From Podarcis cretensis (taxonomy: Eukaryota), in the NCBI GenBank assembly GCA_951804945.1, contig OX638157.1, forward strand, positions 54,126,001-54,190,000: 64,000 nucleotides of DNA, read 5' to 3'. Positions 39,790 through 52,344 of the stretch are shown in pieces. The stretch's first letter is position 1. The number at the start of each line of letters is the position of its first letter. The translations under genes and the position numbers were made by a program. The notes below the pieces were generated by a model. It was given only the letters and a program-made list of their open reading frames with translations, had not been told where the DNA came from and made no database searches.

Positions 39790-39933
39790 CAGTGCTTTTT
39801 TCTGGGGGGCTCAGGGGTACACATACCCCTAAACATTTTTTTAATCCAAGTTTAGCGTCATTGAGGGGCAGTATTTCAATCTCAGGAGGAAAATGAAAGT
39901 AACCTTAAACATTTTTTAAGAAAAACTGCACTG
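39790..39933. mobile_element. hAT-like MITE
   Basis: CAGTGCTTTTTTC...GAAAAACTGCACTG ends; flanks AGTAATCC/TAAAATCC. Confidence 0.7.
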
Positions 39934-40206
39934 TAAAATCCTATCTCAAGGAATATATTAAGGAACAGAGTAATTTGGTATTTTAATGGTTAGGGGACAC
40001 ATATTTGTGAACATTTATTATGAAGTTAACCAATGGAGGAATTTTTTTTATAAGAAATGTTATATGTGCATACAAACAAAGAGGGACATATTGCAGAGGG
40101 CAAGCTGTTCGCCCTTAACATGGCCTGAGGGCCCTTGAAAAGCTCCCTTGCTGAAACTAAGAGGTTCATGGCTAATCACTGCCCAGGTAGAAGACTGCCT
40201 CTAAAC

Positions 40207-40525
40207 TCCTGCTGGATTAAGCCAATGGCCTATTAAGTTCAGCTTCATGTTCTCACAGTGGCCACCCAGATGCCCATGGAAAACCCACATGCAGAACCCA
40301 AGCACAAGAACAGTCTCACTTTCTGTGGCTTCCAGCAACTGGAACTCAGAAGCTTTACTACCTCCAACCATGAAGGCAGAGTACAATTATAATGGCTAGT
40401 CACCACTGATAGCCCTACTCCCCTTGAATTTATGCAGTCCTCTTTCAAACCCATCCAAGTTGCTGGTCATCACTGCCTCCTATGCACTGAATTAATAAGA
40501 ACTTTATTTCATCTGTCCTGAGGCT
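40207..40525 (-). mobile_element. CR1 LINE 3' fragment
   Basis: CCTGCTGGAT..GCCAATGGCC..TTCTCACAGTGGCCA..CAGATGCC. Related fragments at about 32120-32200, 48965-49070 and 55490-55635. Confidence 0.75.
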
Positions 40526-43500
40526 CCTTCAGTTTCACAGTGGAAGAAAAGTGGGGCATATATGTACCATATGATTAAAAATAAATATAATGGTAAGTAC
40601 TCGAATAATAATAAAGCTCTGGAGAAAATGATCTGCTATTTAAATAGCTCAATAATACTTCCATTTGCGTCTGTAGTGCATATGCTTGAAGTCTCCATTG
40701 CTGTAAGTCACTTTGAGTAGGCTTTGCCTGGGAAAGTGGTATATACAGATTTTTTAAAAGTCATTTTTCCACTCACTGTGAAGTTAGAACTATAAGAAGT
40801 ATAACTGTGTTTCACCCTCCCCTGTAAACTGATCCTTTAAAGACCTGTGCTACTGAAAAACATTTTGTTTATTGCCGCAGCTCGCTCGCTTCTTTTGCCA
40901 TTATTTCCCAACCTATTCTCACATTATAGGAATGCCAGGAGATAAATAAAAGCTCAAACTGCTCCATAGAAATATAAATTCAATGAAGAAATGGCCTCAG
41001 AGACAGCAGTGAATTATTTAGACCCATTCCTCTTGTATTTTCTGTGGCTGATTAATTCCACCGGGTACTACTGTTTGAGTCTTCATCAATGGGCCACAGT
41101 CGTGCATATATGCAACTATGCTTCTTATATCTTTTCAATTGCGTTTGCTATTTTAATTTTAGATTTGCATTGATTTTTGAATGAAACACGGAACATAAAG
41201 ACATAACAGGTGCCATATTGCTGTAGAAATAACCATTACAGCAAAGTATACTGAGAGGGAAAGAAAAATACAAAACTGCAATTGAGCTTACAAAGCAGCC
41301 ACAACAAATATCTATCATAAAAAAAGATATTTGTGCCAGAAAAAGAAGAAATAAAAGTTCTGAACTCTTGGAAGTCAACCTATATTTTGAATAATTCAGT
41401 GATTTCAAGGAACTGAAATATGTTCATGCAATCATTTGTTCGGGCTCTCAGTAAGCAATGGCATAGATTGGAGGGCTTGATTTTATTTGTACCTCAATCA
41501 ATTTAAATTATGGGTGTCTGGATTAAAAACAAGATGTATCCAAAGCACAGTCTGAGTTTTCATTTCCAGATGTGAGTTTGTGTAGGGAGATAAAGGAGGG
41601 GTAGGCAAACTTCAAAACAGAAATAAGTCTGAGAAAGCAAAATAGAAGTAGCAGGAAGTGTCTCAAGATAGTAATACTTACTGTTCCTCTTCCTCTTCCT
41701 TGCAGCTCACCATTTCCTTGAGATTGTCCCAAATAATGGAAAGATGATATGAGGGACTAGGCAAGAAGCAAAAATCCTAGACCTGCTGATTAGGCTGCAC
41801 AGATTTACAGATTTCATTTTAAACCAAGTGGCATGGGGCATGAAGTAATCACTAGTGCAGAGATTTCAGGGATCATGGTTGATTATTTTCTCTTTCTAAT
41901 ATACATAATAAAACCAAACAAGTTTCCCATAGCCAGCATGAAGCCTCAGCATAGGACATTTGAGAGATAAGGATGGTGTAACATCAGGGCAGTAAAGGAT
42001 CCACTGAAACTAAGCCAATATAGCAAGTCACAAGTTATATTAGGGCCCCAAATGATGATGGTTGACTGTGGCAGCCCTGCTGGCAGTGCAGCAAAGGTGC
42101 TTTTCCTGACCAGTGCAGTCCAGCTCTGTCACTCTTGTTAAGCCAGCCGCTTATTCACAATCATGCCTCAGTTTGCATTTCTTAGTGCAGAAAGTGTTGA
42201 TCTGATGTGTAGAGATATTTTCTATACCACTTAATTCAAGAGGGTTCTGGAAGCTTCTCTGCATGAAAGAAACAAGCAGAAGCTTCATGTTTGGGTTATA
42301 ACTTCAGAGAAGCTGAGTACAGCTGACTTAAACTGGTTTTTGTTATCTCTTCTGTCAAGGTCATGCTGACTATAAAATTAAGGCCAGAAGGAACCTGGGT
42401 TTCACTTTCACTTTCTATCTCTTTTCCTTCTGGTGTGGTGTTCTGTACATAGTATTCATAGTGTTAAGGTTTCGTCTTATTATAAGTTACTGTAAGTTTA
42501 AATTAAGTCTGCTGGATTGCTTATGGTCATTGACAATCCTGAATGTATTGCATTTGTGACCATTATGCTCATTTGCCTTCAGTAGCAGTGAAGCTCTGCT
42601 GAATGAAATACAATTGCCTCTGGTCTATCTTTTGGGATAGTTTTTTACTCTGCTTACTATACATTGGAGTTCTGCTCTGGATCAATACGGAGTAGAATTT
42701 CATGCTTGTTATCCTGTGACAGAGGTTATACTGATCATTTCCGTGTCTATAACCTTAATATACAACTAGAAGGCAATTCTGCTATAGTGAAGTAAAGTCT
42801 TTTGCGTGTAGAGGGAAACCCCAAAAAGAATATCTGCATACACTGATTCAGAGTAAAAAGATGTTCATGTCTGGAGGAAGACTGCAGCCTCCAGGTCCGC
42901 TCCCCGAGCCACGCCCCCCAGGCCGCCACGGATTGGCTAGTTTGAATTGAGGGCCTGGCGGCAACAACCCATAAGGCACCACAGTGGTCAGGGAAGCAGC
43001 AATGGCCTGAACAAAGATGGCAGTGGGGTGTTTTGGAGGCGCCAAATTGGGCTTCAACTGCTGCTTACCCAGAAGACGGGTAAGTGGCCATTGCAGATAT
43101 TTGAGGCAAAACAAGTTACATCGTTTTGATAAAAAGGGGGAAATGTAGTTATTTGGGGAAAGGAGTACAGGGGAAGAGGGGGCATCAATATTATCAAGAT
43201 TTCCCCTAGAGAGATCATTAAACAGTCTTTGCAAATGTGCAAAATAATTTATACTCTACAAGCAAGATCTTGCAAGAATTCTTCACCCCTGGAAATTTCC
43301 AGAGAAGCCAAAAATTAATTATGACACTTAAAAATGGAGGGGATTAAGGCCACTCTACTTTTCCCTATGTCTGAATTAAAAGAAGCCATGTGACTGAGAA
43401 TAAATAAAAATGACGTTCTCATTAAAATCAATGCACTTGGTATAACACCAATTCCCCTGGTGCAGCAAAATATCCTAAAACAGTATTTCAAATACTGCTA

Positions 43501-43853
43501 ATAGTGGAAGGCCAGAGCCTTCCAACTTTGTACTTCACTGAGAGAAAACAAATAACTTAATTCTGAAAGTCAAACTAGCAAGACCACTTGACATCAATAC
43601 TCATTGGATTTAAAACATGGCCCTCCTTTTTTATTGCATATCCATGACAATATCTGCTTGTTATGCTATGGCCACACATGAGCCTGCTCTTAATAGTGGT
43701 TGTGTCTGCAAAAGTTTTGGGGCAGTCACACTGCTTCATTTCTAACCACTGCATATCCCATAATTTCCTGCTGAAATCCCATAACTTTGTATACCACAAA
43801 TGTTCTGGTTGATTTTATCCTGCTTTTGTTGTTCTCTTACCCCTCTGGACAGC

Positions 43854-44106
43854 AGAAGAAGAAGAAGAAGAGTTTGGATTTGATATCCCGCCTTTCACTC
43901 CCCTTCAGGAGTCTCAAAGCGGCTAACATTCTCCTTTCCCTTCCTCCCCCACAACAAACACTCTGTGAGGTAAGTGGGGCTGAGAGACTTCAAAGAAGTG
44001 TGACTGGCCCAAGGTCACCCAGCAGCTGCATGTGGAGGAGCGGAGACTCGAACCCGGTTCCCCAGATTACAAGACTACCGCTCTTAACCACTACACCACA
44101 CTGGCT
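43854..44106 (-). mobile_element. tRNA-derived SINE (Squam3-like)
   Basis: Antisense reads AGCCAGTGTGGTGTAGTGGTTAAGAGC (A box), GGGTTCGAGTC (B box) and a (TTC)n tail; matches 54607-54871. Confidence 0.9.
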
Positions 44107-44345
44107 AATGTGGTAGCATCAGAAACGCCGGAAAAAATCCACTACGGATGCATTATGGTGTTAAGAACATTCTACAGAATACATAGACAATAAAACACCA
44201 GTCCAGAGGAGCCGTTACTTGCTCAATCCATATTTTATTTTTAGGTGTGGGAAGAAGATCCATTGATGGGCACTCAATGCAGAGCACAAATTGGGAAGTG
44301 AAGAGTTGTGGTTCATATTGTTGTAAGATTTGGGGTTTGGGACTG

Positions 44346-45159
44346 GAAAGCGTGTTCTCCTTCATGGAGAGCACGTGTTGCGGTGGGGTCTGCTGAGCCA
44401 CCCCTCTGTTACCAGGCAGGGTCTCTAAAGATGGCCTGGGGCAGTGATTGGTTCACTGGGTTGCTGGGGTAAAAGTTATGTTGCAATTTTGGTGGGAGGG
44501 GTAAAATGTTTAAATACTCTGCACGCAGCCTGGAGCTTTCTCTTTGCTGCGTGCAACGGATCACCCGCCCACCCGCCCTTGAGTAAGGGGTTGTTGCATT
44601 GACCTTGCTATGCCTGTCATGGGGTCGTCTGCCGTTCGGGCAGGGGCCTGGTAGGAATTTTGTCCATCTGGCTGATTGGCTGGGCCATTTGGTTTTTGCC
44701 TACTGCGTAGCAAATCGTCACAACTTGTAAGGTTGCGGTTAGGCATTGGTTATAAATTGGTGGAGGAGGGGTTAGGATAGGCTGGGCCTGCCCCTCCATG
44801 GTTGCTGTGGAAAGGGAATTCCGTTAAAGGAATCCTGGGGCTTGCCATCTTTTTGTCCAATCCCTGGAATGGGACTAGGGCCGGCAAGCCTTCGGGGAGC
44901 ATGCGGATGAGAATTGAGGGTCTGTGACTCAGCTCCATTTCTCCCCGACTTGTTTTCCCGCACTGTCTTTCGGTGGTGCCCGGAAGTCAGTTCTGTCCCC
45001 AGGCAGGGGGACAGATAGTCTTAACCAATGCCTAAACAACAACTCACGGTTTTGTATTTAAATAAAGTTGTAGCCAAAATTATGCCAAAAACCTTAAACA
45101 AAAATTAAGTGTGCGTTGTGAGTTATTTGGGGGGGTGGCTTGGGGACCTCGACACGCAA
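44346..45159 (+). mobile_element. Non-coding LTR-like element, probably a DIRS/Ngaro-type solo repeat, with a structured-RNA core
   Basis: GAAAG plus hairpin at the start; ATTGG, GC box and TTTAAATA; TCACCCGCCCACCC; AATAAAGTTGTAGCC; ends CCTCGACACGCAA; no TSD. Motif order is shared with 58070-58843. Confidence 0.75.
44446..44516 (+). promoter_or_regulatory. Putative Pol II promoter of the element (reverse CCAAT, GC box, TATA-like)
   Basis: GATTGG at 44446, GGTGGGAGGGG at 44491, TTTAAATA at 44509. The same order occurs on the minus strand at about 55002-54907 in the divergent copy. Confidence 0.5.
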
Positions 45160-45295
45160 ATAGTTAAATAAAGAGAAAAGGACCTTCAGTGACCTCTGTC
45201 TGAAGGCAACAAAATGCAGGTAACAGCACAATTGTAACCATTGTAATTTCTGCTGAGAAGTCCTATTGAATTTACTGGGATTTACTGTTGGGTAA

Positions 45296-45649
45296 GCGGG
45301 TGGCGCTGTGGTCTAAACCACAGAGCCTAGGGCTTGCTGACCAGAAGGTCGGTGATTCGAATCCACACGATGGGGTGGACCACTGTTCGGTCCCAGCTCC
45401 TGCCCACCTAGCAGTTCGAAAGCACGTCAAAGTGCAAGTAGATAAATAGGTACCACTCCGGCAGGAAGATAAACAACATTTCCATGCTCTGCTATGGTTC
45501 GCTAGAAGTGGCTTAGTCATGCTGGCCACATGACCTGGAAGCTGTCTGCGGACAAACGCCGGCTCCCTCGGCCTACAGAGCGAGATGAGTGCGCAACCCC
45601 AGGGTCGTCCGTGACTGGTCCTAACGGTCAGGGGTACCTTTACCTTACC
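45296..45649 (+). mobile_element. Near-full-length Sauria SINE
   Basis: GCGGGTGGCGCTGTGG...GGTCAGGGGTACCTTTACCTTACC. Confidence 0.93.
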
Positions 45650-47268
45650 GTATCTAAGTGGTATTAAGGTTGCAGCCTGAGTGCAATCCTCTGTGCCTGG
45701 AGAAGTGAGGGGAGTGTAATGATCAAATCAGCATCATCCTCTTGATTGTAATTTTCATAGTATGAGCTGCTCAAATGAGCTAGCAAATGTTTTACAATGT
45801 TATTCTGAGACATGCCACTGGTATGAACCTGAAAACTCCCAATAAATATAAACTTGGAGCTTCCCAATCAGACATTTTCTGAGAAGTGGAAATGAAAAAT
45901 CCCAATAGCAAGGTAGACCCCCTGATCATTGCTCATATTTTAATACACTCCATAAACCGCAAAGCAGAGAAAACGTTCTTGCATGGGAGAAAAATGCATT
46001 GTGGGAACATTACTCTGTCTGGCAACTCTAATTGAAAAACAGTGTAGCTTGCAAATTCTAAAATGCTTTGTTTTCGTTATTATCTCCATACACTCCCTTT
46101 GCAATTAGGGCATGAGTAAATCAAAACCACTCTTTTGCTCTTTCTAATATTTTGAAAGCTGTTGAAGAAATCATAGAGTAATTTCCTACTGAGCAACTTC
46201 CACTCTTCCAGGCTGTGGGCGCAAATGGGGAGGTGTAAATGGAAGCTACATTGTTGGTGAGTCTCGTTATCTAATGAGAGAGCTTTTATAGGGAGCCCAT
46301 TTGTATTCACTTTGGATTTATAAGATTACTTCCATCCACTGACAGCTTTTGGACTCCATACTTTCTAACTATAAACAGGGTGCAGATGTGAGAAGAGATT
46401 GCCAAGAGAGGGGGGGGGGAAACAGCCCAAAAATTCAAAAGCTCTAAAAACAGTAGAAGCCAGTATTGTCTAGTTTGATCAGAATGAAGTTGACAGTAGA
46501 ACAGTAGGAAAAATCCATATTTCTGTGACAAGCAGTATATTCATTTCAAAACTAATGCTATAGATGATACTTATTTATTTATTTAGCAGGAGGTGGGGGA
46601 GAGTCTTGAATACAGCTATACACGGGAAGTTTTGATTGCATATTTTGCGGCCTGGGGAAAGACAGTGTAATGTGAGACTGAGCAAATGTTAATGTTAAAT
46701 TAGGGAAACAGATGCAACCAGGACACTAGACAACACTCAGGGAGGGAATGAATCCCCCTTTGCTATATAAGGATGGAAGTGCTTCGCCCATCACAGCTCT
46801 TAATCTGTGTTCCTTTCGTTGCTGGATGTGGTTCACCCCTCTTCACTGTTCTGTGGGATTTGTGATTTGCATTATTCAGTGTCCTTGGTCCAGTGATGAG
46901 GCCCGGGAGATAGAGACTATAAGGCTGTTTTGGAATGCAATAAGTTGATTTGCATTGGAGTTGCCCCAGTTTGCATGGTGACAGCATGGGTTAGGAAGGA
47001 ACATAATGTTGGCAGGACACTTTGGATGCCTCTTGGTTTGGATGAGTCCTATTTGGAGACAGCTTAGCCTTCAGATACCCACAGCTAAATGATTAGGGGC
47101 TTCAGAGACTGGAAAACCCTCACACAGAATTCAGACATGCTCCCTTCTTCATGGGGTGAGGCATTAAGGAGAAGAAAGCCTACTTTCTGATTCCATTTCT
47201 GGAAATGAACTAGGGAAGATCATCCCTATATATCTTCAGATGGCACACTCTGACTTAGGTGTACTATA

Positions 47269-47515
47269 AAGGTAAAGGCTAAAGGGACCCCTGACCGTTA
47301 GGTCCAGTCGTGACCGACTCTGGGGTTGCAGCGCTCATCTCGCTTTATTGGCCGAAGGAGCCAGCGTACAGCTTCCGGGTCATGTGGCCAGCATGACTAA
47401 GCCGCTTCTGGAGAACCAAAGCAGCGCACGGAAACGCCGTTTACCTTCCCGCCGGAGTGGTACCTATTTATCTACTTGCATTTTGATTTGCTTTTGAACT
47501 GCTAGGTTGGCAGGA
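47269..47515 (-). mobile_element. 5'-truncated Sauria SINE
   Basis: TSD AGGTGTACTATA (47257-47268) / AGGTGTAGTATA (47516-47527). Confidence 0.93.
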
Positions 47516-47574
47516 AGGTGTAGTATAGCACCAGCTTAATATTGTAGATAAGTTATGCACAAATCAGGTCCAAA

Positions 47575-47767
47575 GCATTATTATTACTATTAATTGCATT
47601 TATGTCCCAGCTTTCTCATTTAATCCCCACAACAACTTTGTGTGGTAGGTTAGGCTGAGAGACAGTTAGAGGTCCAAGATCAGCCAGTGAGCTTCATGTC
47701 TGAGTGAGGATTCAAACTCTGGTCTCCCAGGTCACAGTCCAACACTATAAACTATGCCACGCTGGCT
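47575..47767 (-). mobile_element. MIR/CORE-like tRNA SINE, old
   Basis: ATCCCCACAACAAC..GTAGGTTAGGCTGAGAGA..CCAAG.TCA.CCAGTGAGCTTCATG..GGATTCAAAC..ACGCTGGCT. Confidence 0.75.
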
Positions 47768-47959
47768 GAAATAATGTACTCTGCATTCGATTGCAATTAC
47801 ATTAGATTAGATTACTCTATATTAGACTGTAAGATTGCTCAGAGGTCACAATGAAGGCAAACAAGCTGTCTCTGTACAAAAGTTCACGTGAAAGATTGTA
47901 CAGCTGAAATGTTTGACTTTACGAACTTTACACTTGTTGAATGCAATGTACAGCTACCC

Positions 47960-48180
47960 CTTGTGTTAGTGCCTGACCTGTCCAGTGATACCAGAAAACT
48001 CTCAGCGATACTTGTGGCACCCAGGTGGGTCCCTGAATAGCCACTGATGGTTAATGATATTTGGATTACAGTGAATAGGCCATTTGCAGATCTTTTAATA
48101 AAGTTGTGAGCTACTTAATTCCAACCTTGATTTCCTGTCTTCATTCAAAGGCAGATGGACATAGTCTCATTTGTCACGCA
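47960..48180 (+). mobile_element. 3' fragment of the 44346-type element family
   Basis: AATAAAGTTGTGAGC at 48097, then a GT-rich tract ending CACGCA about 80 nt later, as in the 44346 copy. Confidence 0.4.
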
Positions 48181-49222
48181 TTGTACACATAGGTAATGTC
48201 ACGCCTATGGCCTTTATTAAGGCTGTTAAGAGTTTTTCCCTGGCTCCAAATCATAATTATATGATAGCTCAGCTATAGGCTGGTTCTTGAGGGGAAATAA
48301 AATTTTCTTGAGAAAAAGGCTTGTAGGACTGACATTATCTGCTCCTGTGAGTGAGGAAAGACCTTCTGAGCAAAATGTTCTTCTCAGTATCCTATCATAC
48401 CTTCCAACTTTTCTCCAATGAAAAAAAGGGACATCCTAGAAAGGAAGAAAGGAGGAAGATAATCTTGGACTGGGTGATATTGGGCATATATCCAGGCTGA
48501 TGCACAACACTGATTCCTGTCCCAGTTGAGCTACCTGATCTGGCATTGGTTTTGACTAACAAATTAACACAGATGCTGTAGCAACTGTTTGTTCTATCTC
48601 CGTGCCAGCAGTTTCACAACTTCTGGTGCAGGCTTCCATTAGAGCAGAACAAAGATGTGCAACAGAGGAAAGGCTACCAGTGATGAAACAGAAATCTTGC
48701 TTCCATAATTATCTTGGCTTTTCACAATATAACATAGCAGTTAGATGGAGATTCAATTACCTGCAGCCCTCTTGTGGATACCTTGTATCTCCAGAACGCT
48801 CATAAGAAAGGTTGCACACAATTAACCCATTACATGCAAAAGTGTGAGATCACTTACACATTCCTTTTTATTTTAATTGCCCCAGAAATAATAATAAATA
48901 TGATTTCTTCATAGATATCTAGGCAGGGAGATCTGTGAAGCAATCTCCACCCCCCCACCACCACTTGTAAGCACCTGGTTGGTCACCGAGAGAACAGACT
49001 AGGTAGATTCAGCAGGGATATTCTTAAAATGGACTAGATGAATCTCTGACCTTATCCTGCACAGCTAGCTCCTTCTATCCAGAAATATCCAAGGGTAAGG
49101 CTATGATGGGGTGGGTATACACAAAATGAAGATAAAGGCCTCTAACCTTAAGAATGCAAAGAACGGTTGATTTGGTTACCAATGGAGCCAATGCTTATTG
49201 GGGAAGGTGTTTTATTCTTGAC

Positions 49223-49607
49223 AGGGCAACCAAATTTAAGAAGAATGTTGACAAGCTGGAACATGTGCAGAGGAGGGCAACCAATATGATCAAGATATCA
49301 AATATCACAAGGGGCTGTCACATAAAAGATGGAGCAAGCTTGTTTTCTCCTGCTCTGGAGGGTAGGACTCGGATCAACAGCTCCAAGTTACAAGAAAGGA
49401 GATTCTGACTTAACACCAGGAAGAGCTTTTTGACAGTAAGGGATGTTCGGCATTGGAGTGTTCTTGCTCAGGAGTTGTGGACTCTCCTTCATCGGGGGTT
49501 TTTAAGCAGAGTTTGGATGGCTACCTGTCATTGATGTTTTAGCTGAGATTCCTGCATTGCAGGGGGTTGAACTAGATGATGCTTGTGGTCCCTTCCAACT
49601 CTATGAT
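49223..49607 (+). mobile_element. CR1 LINE 3' fragment
   Basis: FKKNVDKLEHVQRRATNMI...LFS...GRTR...KLQERRF; tail CTAGATGA..GGTCCCTTCCAACTCTATGAT. Confidence 0.92.
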
Positions 49608-51489
49608 GGCCAAATTGAGGCATAGGCTTGTGTCCATCTATATCTGACTGCCCAGAACTCTTTAGCATCTCAAGCAGAAATCCTTTTCTGTCCTGCTGTC
49701 TGAAATCCTTTAATGGGCAATTTGATGTATTGGGCCGAGGACTTTCTGCCTGCAGAGCTGTATGTTCCTACCCATATTAGCCTGCTCCCTAATACCCAAG
49801 TTGCTAAATTTTAGAAATTCTAAATGGAGGCCTCCATTTTGGCAAAGCAATGTAGGAACTAATAAAATAAATTTTAAAAATATCCAAGGCTCAGAAAGCT
49901 GCTACCTACATTATTAAAGCTTAGCCGTGATCCACTCTAGTATAATTCAACCAATTCTCTTGACTAGGAGCTTTCCATCTCCTCCCTTCCAAAAAAGTGT
50001 CAATTTATTGAGACATATACACCAGAGGAAACATCTGTTTCATAAATGTAGCTAAATCATTGCACAAGGGAGATGAAGATGGAGAGATATACAACACTTC
50101 TCCACCCATTCATATTATGTGTGTGGAACAAAACATTCATCTGCTAAAACTCTGTTTTAATTATTATCCATTTCATCTCTTGTCCACTCAAAATTGGACT
50201 CAAGTCCATCTCCTCTAAACATTAAGTACCAGGATGGTTGCTGGCAAGTACAAAATATAAGACGATTAACTGAGCAGACGTGTTACTGGAAAACTGTTCA
50301 CATTTATCTTCACAGTACATTGCCTTTGTGGAAGGGGCTCTGAATCCACATTTAATTAAACTGTGTGTTCATCTTCCAGTGAACACTCCTGAGTGAAGGG
50401 AGAAAGTCAGAGAACTATAGATTGTTTTGCATAAAGCACCCACAAGGAAGCAAGCACTGGAAGGACTCCAAAGCCAACTGACTGACACCCACTGAAAGAA
50501 TAGCGCACACACAAGAAAAATCACCTCAGTGTTTATTGGCATCGTTGCCGACGTTTCCTCTGTCTTAGAGAACTACAGAGGTTTTATAGTTATAACTTTG
50601 GTAGAACCAGACTTGGAACAGTTTGCTTGCAAACAAAGCTTTAGGAAAACCTCCAGCAACTTAATCTAAAATAGCCCCTGAGCACTCTCCTTGTTTTCTC
50701 CAAAGTGGTTGAGGGATTGCAACCTCAGTTTGTGCTCCTGCAACATACCACTTCAGTTTGAAAATATGTCATCTTGAAATTGCTGCTCTGTGAACAGGGA
50801 TGGTAATGGGGGAACACTGCTTTGCACGGAGCAAGTGGAAGAATCTCACTTTAACAAACGCAGCAGGCCACAGTGGAGGTCTACCAGTTGGCCAACAAAA
50901 AATACAGAAAATGGTGAGAATATGTGGTGCTGAGAGATTTGGGGACAACCACTGCCTGTTTCTCAGAGCTGATATATACCAAAGGCCAAGAGATTGCTTT
51001 GAAAGTCTTTATTCATTTCTCTCTATCTTTCAGACACTCTGTGGGTGTACATTTAGCTAGCCAGTTTGCATGCAAGCTTTCCTAACATCCCTGCAGCTTT
51101 TCACACCACTGTCCCAGCAAATAAGGTCATCAGGAGGCTGAGAAACCACATAATTTTCTAGCTTTACTCCTGTAAGTTAAGCCCTGTTCATTTCAATGGA
51201 AACTCCTTAAAAACAGGATGGAAAGCAAAGGCAGTAGTAGAGATGTATTTCTACCAGACATTTAGTTGAAAAAAAGAACTTTATATGGATCCAAGTGTTT
51301 AATATTAAGAAGATAGTAACGTATGGGTTTCAACAAGTTTTTTTAATACTACTACTACTACTTCTACTACTAATAATATATCTATAAATTCACAGAGAGG
51401 TTCAAAATGGAATCCATGTTCCACCTCAGAGTTTCCTGCCCTCTCAAATGCCTCAGACTTTTCTCCTTTGCGGCCCAGATCCCTTGACC

Positions 51490-51939
51490 TAGGGATGAGA
51501 AATTTGCTTCAGGTAACCTTCCTAGTTCGTGCTTCCCAAAACAATGTGGATCAAAACACAGCTATCCTTCACACTTCTCCAGGTGTTGCCGTGCAGTTCT
51601 TCAACCAACTACATATAGTTGGGGGAAATGTGCATAAGAATGCATATATTAATGAAACTCACATACAAATATGTGTATGGAGAAGTGTGCACTAAAATGC
51701 TGGTAATTTTTGTGTGATGATTATTTAAAAGTGCATTTGTTGTTGTTTAGTTGTTTAGTCGTGTCCGACTCTTCGTGACCCCATGGACCAGAGCACGCCA
51801 GGCACTCCTGTCTTCCACTGCCTCCTGCAGTTTGGTAAAAAAAAAGTGCATAGTAATGTAGAAATACAATCAACTATCCTTAAAATATGAAAAATGAGAA
51901 ACTGAGAGAATCTGAAATTGACAAATCTGTTCATCCCTG
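51490..51939. mobile_element. hAT-like MITE (TAGGGATG-TIR family) containing a BovB tail
   Basis: TAGGGATGA...TCATCCCTG. Confidence 0.75.
51737..51836 (-). mobile_element. BovB extreme 3' fragment
   Basis: (TTG)n TTTAGTCGTGTCCGACTCTTCGTGACCCCATGG; TSD AAAAGTGCAT (51727-51736 / 51842-51851). Confidence 0.92.
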
Positions 51940-52344
51940 TGATCCATTCACCCCAGAACACCTTTCTAATACTACCTCTTCTCTTCCTTTCAATTCCTTC
52001 TGAAAGATCAACTTTTCCATAAAGTCTTTGGAACAATCCCTTAGTCCCATAAGTAAGTGAAAATACATGTACCTGCAATTAATGGAGGTTCTCCCCCTGC
52101 TCACATCACCTCTGTTTTCTTCCCCTCTGTCTGTTGTTTAACTTTTCAGCTTGTGTCTGTGTCATTCCTCCCTTTTGAAATCTTAATTTTGATTACAAGG
52201 AATATACTTTTTTATTTTTGAAGCTTAATACTGTTGTCATGTTGGGACATGGTTAACGAAAGCAGGAGTATGGCTTTGTCTGGCAGCTTTAATGCTCCTA
52301 GTAAAGTGGTCATTTTCATGATCCTAACAAAGACACCAACTTTG

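Noticed and set aside
43854-44106. tRNA genes at SINE heads
   Set aside because: The A/B boxes belong to tRNA-derived SINEs with bodies and microsatellite tails; they are not stand-alone cloverleafs.
44376-45154. Reading the element as a TG...CA Gypsy LTR
   Set aside because: There is no clean TSD, and similarity to the 58070 copy extends outside these points (GAAAG plus hairpin at one end, CAA at the other).
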